This document shows positions 1 through 7,511 of a stretch of 64,000 bases of DNA, piece after piece. The first letter of the stretch is position 1. Every line of letters starts with the position of its first letter. The notes under the pieces were generated by a model, which worked only from the letters and a program-made list of their open reading frames with translations, was not told the origin of the DNA and did not search any database. A program made the translations under genes and the position numbers. The DNA is taken from contig CAVGQN010000007.1 in assembly GCA_963631395.1 (NCBI GenBank), positions 165 to 64,164 on the forward strand, in the 5' to 3' direction. This stretch comes from a bacterium. GTDB taxonomy: Bacteria; Bacteroidota; Bacteroidia; Bacteroidales; UBA3663.

Positions 1-1312
1 GCTTTTTCTTGGCTTCGTCATTTGCGGCGGCCTCGGCTTCATTGCGCTGTCTGTCCTTGGCTTCTATGATTGCGGAGCGCAGATTATGCAGCTCCTCGTT
101 CACTTGCTCCATACGGTCAAAATAGCCCGAATACTTTTCAGTGACTGCGTCGTACTCCTTCTGTGCTTGTTCCATGGTCAAGGTGCCATCTTTCACCTTC
201 GCTTGCAGCTTTGCACGCTCACGCTTCACCACTTCCTCCTCGGGAAACACCTCCGCACGCTCTGCTGTGTGCAGGGCCGTCGCGTTATCCAGGTATCGCA
301 CGCGTGCCTCCATCTCTTCGATGTCAGACTCAGCGCTCCACTCCTTGCGCTCGTAGGTAGCCTCCGTAGGCTCGGTGTTCACGTCAGCAGGGTGATGTTC
401 GGTCTGTGCGACGCCGTCAACTGGTATAGCAACTTCCTTTTTCTCTCCTGCTTCCGCTGCACCTTCCGACGTTGCATTTTCTGCCGTTTTCACTGTGGCT
501 TCCACATTTTCTGCATTTTTTCCGTCGTTTTCTTGCACGGAATCGGAATTGGCCATATCTTTGCCCGCAGAAGATATTGGTTGGGAAGAGTTCCCGCCTC
601 TGTCAACAGTTACACCTCTTACGGCATCAGCCGGGCTGTCAGCAACTTCAGCAACGTCGGTGTTTGCGCTGCTCCCCATCGTGGGTCCGGGCCAAACAAT
701 ATCGTTTTTATCCGTATATTTGGTTTTGAATATACCTCCACTATTTACATTCCAGTATTGACCATCGCGGGACAATTCGACATAAAGAGTGCGCTTGTGT
801 TTGTCGTCATGGATTTCCAAAAGCATATAAGTCTTGTTTGTCCTTCGGTCTTTTCCGATGCGTATTTCTCTATAGTTACGGGTCACATCTTCCACGAACT
901 CTTCGACAGATGAATATCCGGCCTCTAATATTTGGTCGCCATGCCCGGCCTCAATGTGACGAAGCCCGTATCCAACATTATTTCCACGTTCATCTTTTTT
1001 ATTGAATCCCTCGCTCAATTTAATCGGAGCTGCTTTCAGACCGCTATCCTCGTGTATTTGACCGAAAACAGTAGTACCATCCGCTGCATTAACAAAGTGA
1101 TAGCCATGCTCATCTTTTTCATCGGACAGATTTGTAGAACCAGGCTTCTCCACACCTCCTTCCGTTTGGCCATTGAGCACCTCCTCTTCTTCCTTGCGAA
1201 TTCTTTCTGCTTCTGCCTTCTTCCGCTCTGCTGCCACTCCGGCTATCTGCTGCCAGTGCTCCAGGTCGGCCTTGGCTTTGGCTACATCCTGCTTCCATAG
1301 TTTTTTTGTCAT
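1..1312 (-). CDS. Window-truncated CDS (N-terminal 437 codons, continues beyond the left edge). Large mobile-element or polyvalent-type protein with a putative Barnase/EndoU-like (PBECR-type) nuclease module, an acidic linker and a coiled coil.
   Basis: Absent from the supplied track because it has no stop inside the window. Manual reverse-complement translation from ATG 1312-1310 gives an uninterrupted frame to the edge (base 1 is a partial codon). Sequence: MTKKLWKQDVAKAKADLEHWQQ ... NNVGYGLRHIEAGHGDQILEAGYSSVEEFVEDVTRNYREIRIGKDRRTNKTYMLLEIHDDKHKRTLYVELSRDGQYWNVNSGGIFK ... D/E/N/S-rich linker ... EEMEARVRYLDNATALH ... KDRQRNEAEAAANDEAKKK. The + strand track ORFs 86-913 and 932-1300 are its antisense shadows. 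The functional label is from memory of domain families, not a search. Confidence 0.75.
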   Translation of the reverse strand, partial: MTKKLWKQDVAKAKADLEHWQQIAGVAAERKKAEAERIRKEEEEVLNGQTEGGVEKPGSTNLSDEKDEHGYHFVNAADGTTVFGQIHEDSGLKAAPIKLSEGFNKKDERGNNVGYGLRHIEAGHGDQILEAGYSSVEEFVEDVTRNYREIRIGKDRRTNKTYMLLEIHDDKHKRTLYVELSRDGQYWNVNSGGIFKTKYTDKNDIVWPGPTMGSSANTDVAEVADSPADAVRGVTVDRGGNSSQPISSAGKDMANSDSVQENDGKNAENVEATVKTAENATSEGAAEAGEKKEVAIPVDGVAQTEHHPADVNTEPTEATYERKEWSAESDIEEMEARVRYLDNATALHTAERAEVFPEEEVVKRERAKLQAKVKDGTLTMEQAQKEYDAVTEKYSGYFDRMEQVNEELHNLRSAIIEAKDRQRNEAEAAANDEAKKK

Positions 1313-1490
1313 AATTATCTCACTTTTTTCGGACAAAGGTAGTTTTTGGGTTTGGGATTCGTTTTTTATCTGTTGTCGTTCATAGCAAATTTAGGTTTTT
1401 ATTGAAAAAATCAAGGCACAAACCGCGACCGCCCGAGACCGGACGGTCTTCAGTGTATCGTCACTTTCGTGGAAGTAGGGTCAGTGAATG

Positions 1491-1534
1491 ACGAATCAGG
1501 CTGATACTTGTGAAAAAGTATCAGCCTGATTCGT
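1491..1534. repeat. Perfect 19-bp inverted repeat (hairpin or cruciform) with a 6-nt loop
   Basis: ACGAATCAGGCTGATACTT (1491-1509), loop GTGAAA, then AAGTATCAGCCTGATTCGT (1516-1534), which is the exact reverse complement. Neither side has a U-run, so it is not a canonical intrinsic terminator. Confidence 0.9.
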
Positions 1535-1644
1535 GTAGCAAAAAATGGAAAAGCCAAGGCCGGAGTCAGAGCTTGCCTTGCTATACGGCCCTCGACTCGC
1601 GCCCTAACCAAGGGGCAAATCCGTTCCTACAATGGCATTGGAAA

Positions 1645-1885
1645 TTAGAACCGGACTCCGGCGCTGACGCCTACGCCGCCAAACTGGGAGAACAGTCCGT
1701 CAAGACTGACTTGCAGGCCCATATTCGTCGGTAAGAGCCCAAACGGTCAGTCCCACATTGGCGCCGAACTGCCAGTGCCCGGGCATCTCCGTAGCAGTAT
1801 TACTTTCTTGAGCGCACACACTGGTTGTTTTTGCGAAAGACATAGCTGCGAATGCCGCAACCATCAGCAATGTATTGATTTTCAT
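1645..1885 (-). pseudogene. Small secreted Gly-rich / outer-membrane-like protein split by a 1-nt frameshift, or a decayed OMP remnant
   Basis: Track ORF 1700-1885 has a signal peptide (MKINTLLMVAAFAAMSFAKTTSVCAQ) and then stops. A second frame stays open to TAA at 1647-1645 and reads PFGLLPTNMGLQVSLDGLFSQFGGVGVSAGVRF*. That tail has alternating hydrophobic residues and a terminal Phe, as in a beta-barrel C-terminal signal. The total span is 241 nt (3n+1). Confidence 0.4.
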
Positions 1886-2037
1886 AATATTATTGAAGAT
1901 TAAATTGGTTTTTATTCGCGTAAAATTCGTAAAATATTAAACTTCACACCGCAAAGATAGGCCTAACTTACTACAAACTTCGTTCATTTGTATGACAAGA
2001 TGAATAAGAAGATAAGGCTGACTCGCAGCAGCAGTCC

Positions 2038-2562
2038 TTATTTGGGCATATCGCAGATGGTTACCTTCAGGGAATCGCCCGCTTCACTTACAGAGACATT
2101 TGAGTAGTTGGTTTTAATTTCGACTAACTTGATTCCATTACAGCCAAACACAGTGAAGTCCGGATGGGTGCAGGTATAATGGAACAATCCCTTGAGTTTA
2201 TACTTGGCGCCACTGACCTTTACGATAAGTGTCGACTCGCCATAGCCGCTTGTTTTATCGGCAGTGTATTTCATCGCAGATTCCTTCGGCAGTGGAAACC
2301 GCAAACTTATCTGTTTGTTCTCGCCAGCGTCTACAATCGAAAACGGAATTTTATCGCCGCCAGTTTCGGATAAAGCCAAATTGTTTATGATGTAATCTTC
2401 ATCACTGGCAAGACTATTGCCGTTCGAATCCAAGACATCAAACAACACGTCATTGTGTATGGAAGAGGCAACTGCCGGACAAACTTCTCCTTCAGAATTG
2501 CCACATGATGACAAAGTCAAAAATGACAATAGAAGGCAACCAATCTTGACCAACTTTTTCAT
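2038..2562 (-). CDS. Hypothetical lipoprotein
   Basis: The track ORF starts at a GTG (2595). An internal ATG at 2562 gives MKKLVKIGCLLLSFLTLSSC with a lipobox (LSSC). I recognise no family. Confidence 0.7.
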   Translation of the reverse strand: MKKLVKIGCLLLSFLTLSSCGNSEGEVCPAVASSIHNDVLFDVLDSNGNSLASDEDYIINNLALSETGGDKIPFSIVDAGENKQISLRFPLPKESAMKYTADKTSGYGESTLIVKVSGAKYKLKGLFHYTCTHPDFTVFGCNGIKLVEIKTNYSNVSVSEAGDSLKVTICDMPK

Positions 2563-2615
2563 AAAATTTTTTTCTTGTGTATGTATACGAGTCACGTTTC
2601 AATTTTTGCGGTGCA

Positions 2616-2744
2616 AAGTTACATACATAAAAGTTTTCTTCCAAGAAAAAAAGTTTTACATTTGAAAAATTATTTTATTGATATACAGCAAGTTGCAAAA
2701 TGCGATTTTTAAAAAGTTTTACATGGCAAAAAAAAGTTTTACAT
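2616..2744. repeat. Five direct copies of an AAGTT(T)TACAT-type word in an AT-rich spacer
   Basis: Three perfect copies of AAGTTTTACAT at 2651-2661, 2714-2724 and 2734-2744. Degenerate copies are AAGTTACAT at 2616-2624 and AAGTTTTC at 2631-2638. The array lies between the mscS-like stop (2799) and the lipoprotein start (2562). A -7-like box TAACTTTG sits on the - strand at 2621-2614. Confidence 0.7.
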
Positions 2745-2798
2745 TGGCCACGTCAAGATGGTCCACTGCCCGTCTACAAGTGCGCGATTCTCCGGGCC

Positions 2799-3986
2799 TT
2801 AAAGTTTTTCCTCAAGAGCCTTTCCGCCGGAGCGCTGGAAGGCCGTGAGACCGTACTTCTGCAGCGAGGCCAAGGCATATTCGACCAGACGGGCCTGAAT
2901 CTCCTCGTATTCCTCCCACACCTTGGTACGGCTGAAGGCATACAACTGGACCGGAATGCCCTCGCACCCGGCATTGAGCTGGCGCACCATGTGGGTCATG
3001 CGGGTATTGAAGTCCGGACTTTGACTGATATACTGCTGCATCTGCCGACGGAAGACCTCGAGGTTGGTGGCCTCGCCGACACGCGCCGTCTCGGGAAGTG
3101 TGCCTTCCTGACGGCATTGCTCGACCTCCGAAGCTGTCAGAAAGCGCACCGAGTACATGTCGACACTGACCGTGCGCGTGATGCGGCGGCCATTGCCCGC
3201 CTGCATCCCCTTCCAGTTCTGAAACGTGTCGGAGAGCAGTGTGCAGGGCGGCACGGTCAGGATGGTATTGTCCCAGTTCTGCACTTTGACCGTGGTCAGC
3301 GTTATCTCTATCACCACACCGTCTACATTACGCGACGGCATACAGATCCAGTCGCCCACCGAGACCATATCGTTGAAGAGCAGCTGCACGCCGGCCACAA
3401 GGCCCTTGATGAGGTCCTGGAACACCAGCATCATGACACCGGCCATGACACCTAGGCCGGATATGAGATAGGCGGGCGATTTGTCTATCAGCACGCTCAC
3501 CGCCAGGATGGCAGCAATGACGGAGAGGAATATCTGAATGGTCTGCACCAGGCCCTTGAGCGACTTCAGACGCGTCCAGTCTCGGCCTTTCTCCCGATTG
3601 GAAACCAGCAATGCCTGAAACAGCGCATCGGCCAGGATGCAGAGGAACCTCGTGATACAAACGATGAGATAGACACCGGCCAGACGGCTCACCACGACGG
3701 CCAGCGTACCCCTGGTGACCAGCGGCAGGGCGAACAGCAGGACTATAGAGGGGATAATGTCGCCAAAGGCACGAATGACCTTGTCGCTCAAGATGACATC
3801 GTCGACACCGGTCTTCGTGCTGCTGGCCAGCCGATGCAAGGCCGGCGTGAAGATACGCCGGAAGAAGAAATCGAAAAGGAACGCTGCCAGGAATATCCCG
3901 GCCACAATGGCCAAACGCCAGTACCACGCAAGGGCCTGGTCGGCATCGCTGAGGTTGTGCTCCATCCAGTCTATCAACGTCTTCAT
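2799..3986 (-). CDS. Mechanosensitive ion channel family protein (MscS-like)
   Basis: Track ORF of 395 aa. N-terminal TM helices are followed by an MscS beta-domain signature (VSVGDWICMPSRNVDGVVIEITLTTVKVQNWDNTILTVP). Confidence 0.85.
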   Translation of the reverse strand: MKTLIDWMEHNLSDADQALAWYWRLAIVAGIFLAAFLFDFFFRRIFTPALHRLASSTKTGVDDVILSDKVIRAFGDIIPSIVLLFALPLVTRGTLAVVVSRLAGVYLIVCITRFLCILADALFQALLVSNREKGRDWTRLKSLKGLVQTIQIFLSVIAAILAVSVLIDKSPAYLISGLGVMAGVMMLVFQDLIKGLVAGVQLLFNDMVSVGDWICMPSRNVDGVVIEITLTTVKVQNWDNTILTVPPCTLLSDTFQNWKGMQAGNGRRITRTVSVDMYSVRFLTASEVEQCRQEGTLPETARVGEATNLEVFRRQMQQYISQSPDFNTRMTHMVRQLNAGCEGIPVQLYAFSRTKVWEEYEEIQARLVEYALASLQKYGLTAFQRSGGKALEEKL

Positions 3987-4019
3987 CTGCTTTGTCTCCT
4001 ATATCTGACGGCAACAATA

Positions 4020-4802
4020 TCAAAGGCTTCCCTTGGCTTTCTTGAGCTCGAGCAGGAACTTCTCGGCACGGGTCAAGTCTTCCGGCGTATCTATGCCGAC
4101 GGTCTCGATGTCGACAACCCGCACGGTGATGTGCATGCCGTTCTCCAGCCAGCGCAGCTGCTCCAGGCTCTCGGCCTTCTCCAGCGGGGTCTGCTCCATG
4201 GCCGTAATCCGAGCCAGTGCTTCCGGACGGTAGGCATAGAGCCCGATGTGCTTGTAGAAGACGTGGCGCTGCAGCCACTCGCTTTGGTCCACACCACGCA
4301 GATACGGAATGACGGAACGGCTGAAATAGAGCGCCTGACTGCGCGAGCCGAGAACGACCTTCGGACTGTTGGGGTTTGTCAATGCAGCCAGGCCATCTTC
4401 GGGATGGAAGGGCTTGACCAGCGTAGCTATCTCGGTGTGGGCGTCCATAAAGCAATCTTTAACGGCCTGTATCTGACGGGCGTCGATAAATGGCTCGTCG
4501 CCCTGCACGTTGATGATGACGTCATACTCGATGCCGAGCGCCTCACGCACCTTGCAGTAAGCCTCCTGCACGCGGTCGGTGCCGCTCTTGTGGTCGGCCG
4601 AAGTCATTACGACACGACCCTTGAAGCCCTCGACGGCATCATAGATGCGGGCATCGTCGGTGGCTACGACGGCCATATCTACCAGTGGGGCTACCTTTTC
4701 GTACACTCTCTGGATGACCGGCTTGCCGCCCAGTATGGCCAATGGCTTGCCCGGAAAACGTGTGCTCGCATAGCGGGCCGGAATGATTGCTATTACTTTC
4801 AT
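4020..4802 (-). CDS. kdsB: 3-deoxy-manno-octulosonate cytidylyltransferase (CMP-KDO synthetase)
   Basis: Track ORF of 260 aa. MKVIAIIPARYASTRFPGKPL and QGDEPFI are typical KdsB motifs. Confidence 0.92.
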   Translation of the reverse strand: MKVIAIIPARYASTRFPGKPLAILGGKPVIQRVYEKVAPLVDMAVVATDDARIYDAVEGFKGRVVMTSADHKSGTDRVQEAYCKVREALGIEYDVIINVQGDEPFIDARQIQAVKDCFMDAHTEIATLVKPFHPEDGLAALTNPNSPKVVLGSRSQALYFSRSVIPYLRGVDQSEWLQRHVFYKHIGLYAYRPEALARITAMEQTPLEKAESLEQLRWLENGMHITVRVVDIETVGIDTPEDLTRAEKFLLELKKAKGSL

Positions 4803-4862
4803 ATCTGTTGCTTTTGTATTTTGTTTGTATTAAGAATTATATTCCCGATAGAGGCCGTTGCC

Positions 4863-4957
4863 GTTTGCCCGTAAAAGAAGAAACGTTTCGCCGGCAGAAC
4901 TGGATTCGAATTTGCCCATAGCGGAGGGATTTGGTTTGCCCATAAAAGTGAAACGGC
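4863..4957. repeat. Degenerate direct repeats (GTTTGCCCRTAAAAGWGAAACG) in the relA-kdsB spacer
   Basis: GTTTGCCCGTAAAAGAAGAAACG at 4863-4885, a partial copy ATTTGCCCATAGCGG at 4910-4924, and GTTTGCCCATAAAAGTGAAACGG at 4935-4957. Spacing is 47 and 25 nt. Confidence 0.5.
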
Positions 4958-4995
4958 TTGCTCGCAAGTGAGCACGGGCCTTTGACCAAGAAGTC

Positions 4996-6888
4996 CTACA
5001 TGTTGCGCACTTCCTCTACGCCCTTGACCTGCTCGATGATGCGCATGGCCTCGGAGAGCTCGAAGGCCGACGGCACCTGCACCTTGACTCGGGTCGTGAC
5101 GATATAGTCTTCGGTGACGGTGTGCAGCGAGTCGATGCTGAGATGGAGGTCGTTGCTGATGACGTTGACCAAATCGAGCAGCAACGAGTTGCGGTCGACA
5201 CTGTTGATGACGATATGGGTCGGATAGGTGCGGTTGGGCAACACTGGCAGCGACACGTCGACAATCGAATCACCCTCTTTGACCGACAGCTGAATGGCCT
5301 CCGGGCAGTTGCGCTTGTGGACGATGATGCTGCCGTCGGAACGCTTGAAGCCGGAGATTTCGTCGCCGGGCAGCGGATTGCACTTGTCGCAGAGGCAATA
5401 GGGGAAGTTCTCGGCGGTGATGCCGCTCTTGCCCAACATGACGTTGACGGCACGGCGGGCCTTGTAGGTGCAGACGTGGTTGAGCCAACTGGGTTCTGGC
5501 GAAGTCAGGTCGTCGGTGCCGACCTCCACGCGGTCGCCGCGCTTGAGGACGGTGAAGATGCTGCAGAGTTTGCCGTTGATGCGGGCGAACTTGGCGTGAT
5601 TGCCCACATTGGTGTGTATCTCATAGGCCATGTCGAGCACGGTCGACTCTTTGGGCAGCACGATGCTGTTGCCTTTGGGCGTGAAGACGATGATGTCGTC
5701 GTTGTAGAACGAACTGACCACGCTCTCCATGAAGCCGCCGTCGGCCCCGGACTGGGCGATGTCTTTGAGCACGCCCTTGAACTTGAGCACCCACTTGTCG
5801 ATAGATTCCGTACGGTCTATCACACAACCCTGCTGCGAGTTGCGGCGCATCGACTCGGTGGCGATATGTATCTCGGCCCAACCGCCCATGTGCGTCATCA
5901 CCTGCACGTGGATGGCCTGATAGCCGTTCTCCTTGGGCTGGTCGATGTAATTGATCATCGAGTAGGGACGCTCTTTGTACAAGTCGGTCAGCAGGCTGTA
6001 TATGCGCAGGCACTGGTTCTTCTCGCTCGGCCCGTCGGGGTCGGCATCGAAGACGATGTTGATGATGTGCACGTGCTCGAGTTCCTTGAACGTCTGCCCG
6101 GATTTCTGCATCTTGCGCCACAGGGCATAGACCGAGCGCGCCTTGGCAAAGACCTGCGCCTTGATACCCTCGTTGGCCAGCGTCTCTCTGATGGGAATCA
6201 GGAACTCCTGGATGTCAGCCTCGTGCTGCTGCATGTACGAGTTGATCTTGCGCTCGACTCTCTCGTACTCGTGCGGCGAGCGGAACTTCATCGAGAGGTT
6301 CTCCAGTTCTGACTTGATGTCGTAGAGCCCGAGGCGGTTGGCCAAAGGCGCATAGAAATAGTCTGTTTCGGAGGCAATCTTCATCTGCTTGTCAGGGCGC
6401 ATGCTGTCGAGGGTGCGCATGTTGTGCATGCGGTCGCTCAACTTGATGAGTAGTGCCCGGATGTCGTACTGTATGGAGTCGAGCATCTGCTTGAAGTTGT
6501 CTATCTGCTTGGAAACCTTGTAATTGCCGTCGGCCTTTTTGGTCAAGACTCCCACCAGGAAGGCCACATCGTTGCCGAACTCGTTGCGGATGTCTTCGAT
6601 GGTGAAGTCGGTGTCTTCCACAACGTCGTGCAGCAAGGCCGCAATGATGCTGTTGGTGCTAAGCCCCAACTCGACCAGTGCAATACGGGCCACAGAAATA
6701 GGATGCGTGATGTACGGGATGCCGCTCTTGCGGGCCTGCGTGGCATGCGCCTTGGCCGCGAGGGCATAAGCCGCCTCGATGCTCGGCATGTCGCTGGCCG
6801 GTAGCCGTTCTCTGCAACGCTCAAACAGTTCTTCCTTCATCTCTTCTACCATTCTGGTGGCCTCTTCGGCTGAAATCTTGCCTTCCAT
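4996..6888 (-). CDS. Bifunctional (p)ppGpp synthetase/hydrolase, RelA/SpoT family
   Basis: Track ORF of 630 aa. It has an HD hydrolase motif (HPISVARI...LLHDVVEDT), a RelA_SpoT synthetase core, a TGS segment and a C-terminal ACT-like domain. Confidence 0.9.
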   Translation of the reverse strand: MEGKISAEEATRMVEEMKEELFERCRERLPASDMPSIEAAYALAAKAHATQARKSGIPYITHPISVARIALVELGLSTNSIIAALLHDVVEDTDFTIEDIRNEFGNDVAFLVGVLTKKADGNYKVSKQIDNFKQMLDSIQYDIRALLIKLSDRMHNMRTLDSMRPDKQMKIASETDYFYAPLANRLGLYDIKSELENLSMKFRSPHEYERVERKINSYMQQHEADIQEFLIPIRETLANEGIKAQVFAKARSVYALWRKMQKSGQTFKELEHVHIINIVFDADPDGPSEKNQCLRIYSLLTDLYKERPYSMINYIDQPKENGYQAIHVQVMTHMGGWAEIHIATESMRRNSQQGCVIDRTESIDKWVLKFKGVLKDIAQSGADGGFMESVVSSFYNDDIIVFTPKGNSIVLPKESTVLDMAYEIHTNVGNHAKFARINGKLCSIFTVLKRGDRVEVGTDDLTSPEPSWLNHVCTYKARRAVNVMLGKSGITAENFPYCLCDKCNPLPGDEISGFKRSDGSIIVHKRNCPEAIQLSVKEGDSIVDVSLPVLPNRTYPTHIVINSVDRNSLLLDLVNVISNDLHLSIDSLHTVTEDYIVTTRVKVQVPSAFELSEAMRIIEQVKGVEEVRNM

Positions 6889-7028
6889 ATCGTAAATCTA
6901 TTTCTTGTCCAACGGTGTTGTAAATCGATTTCTTGACCAACTGCGCAAATAAACTACTTGCCAATGGTGTTAATCAATTGCTTATCCAACTGTGTAAATC
7001 CTTATCTTTCCTGCTAATCGCTCAACTG
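6889..7028. repeat. Five tandem degenerate units of about 23-36 nt, each ending in CCAAC(T/G)G; the last unit contains the merR-family stop codon
   Basis: Unit boundaries read on the + strand: 6889-6914, 6915-6943, 6944-6966, 6967-6992 and 6993-7028. The array fills the entire spacer between the merR-family stop (7014) and the relA/spoT start (6888). Confidence 0.7.
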
Positions 7029-7367
7029 GTCTACTATGCCCTGCAACTGACGGCGGATGCTGTAGAGATGCGTGATGACCTCTTGCTTGATTTCTTCCTC
7101 CTCTTGATTGCTTGACAAGGTACGGCGCACGCCGGCAATGGTTTTGCCCTCGGTATGGCGCATCCTGTAGATCATCTGCAGGTTCTCCAAATCCTTCTTC
7201 CTGTACAGCCGGGTCTCACCTTTGGTGCGCATGGGCTTGACGGCCTTGGGAAAGTCCCGTTCCCATTTGCGCAACACTTCGACAGAAACGCCGATTATCT
7301 CGGCCACTTCGCCTATGGTGAAATACTGCTTCGTCTGTATGTCTGTTTGCTCCAGAGGGGTCTTCAT
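7014..7367 (-). CDS. MerR family transcriptional regulator
   Basis: Track ORF of 117 aa. The N-terminal HTH reads YFTIGEVAEIIGVSVEVLRKWERDF...RLYRKKDLENLQMI. Confidence 0.8.
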   Translation of the reverse strand: MKTPLEQTDIQTKQYFTIGEVAEIIGVSVEVLRKWERDFPKAVKPMRTKGETRLYRKKDLENLQMIYRMRHTEGKTIAGVRRTLSSNQEEEEIKQEVITHLYSIRRQLQGIVDQLSD

Positions 7368-7376
7368 GTGTTCATC

Positions 7377-7511
7377 GTGTGTTTAGTTTGTCGGCTGCCC
7401 GGCATTTAGTCCTTCGGCTGTTATGTGTTAGTGCATTGACTGCCATGCATTTAATCCATCGACTGCCATATGTTAGCACTTTGATTGCCATGCATTAATC
7501 CATCGACTGCC
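7377..7511. repeat. Six tandem units of 21-24 nt (equivalent to three units of about 45 nt); the last unit contains the final codons and stop of the M23 peptidase gene
   Basis: + strand units: 7377-7399, 7400-7420, 7421-7444, 7445-7467, 7468-7489 and 7490-7511. Units 4 and 6 (ATGCATT(T)AATCCATCGACTGCC) differ by a single indel. Units 3 and 5 are clearly related. Confidence 0.75.

Noticed and set aside
86-1300. Long + strand track ORFs 86-913 (275 aa) and 932-1300 (122 aa)
   Set aside because: Their sequences are low in complexity and rich in Cys, Leu, Phe and His, with no recognisable domains. They lie exactly antisense to the uninterrupted 437-codon - strand frame, so they are shadow ORFs.
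1510-1734. + strand 74-aa ORF starting in the loop of the 19-bp hairpin
   Set aside because: It has a GTG start inside a perfect hairpin, overlaps the small - strand gene, and has no motifs. It is judged spurious.
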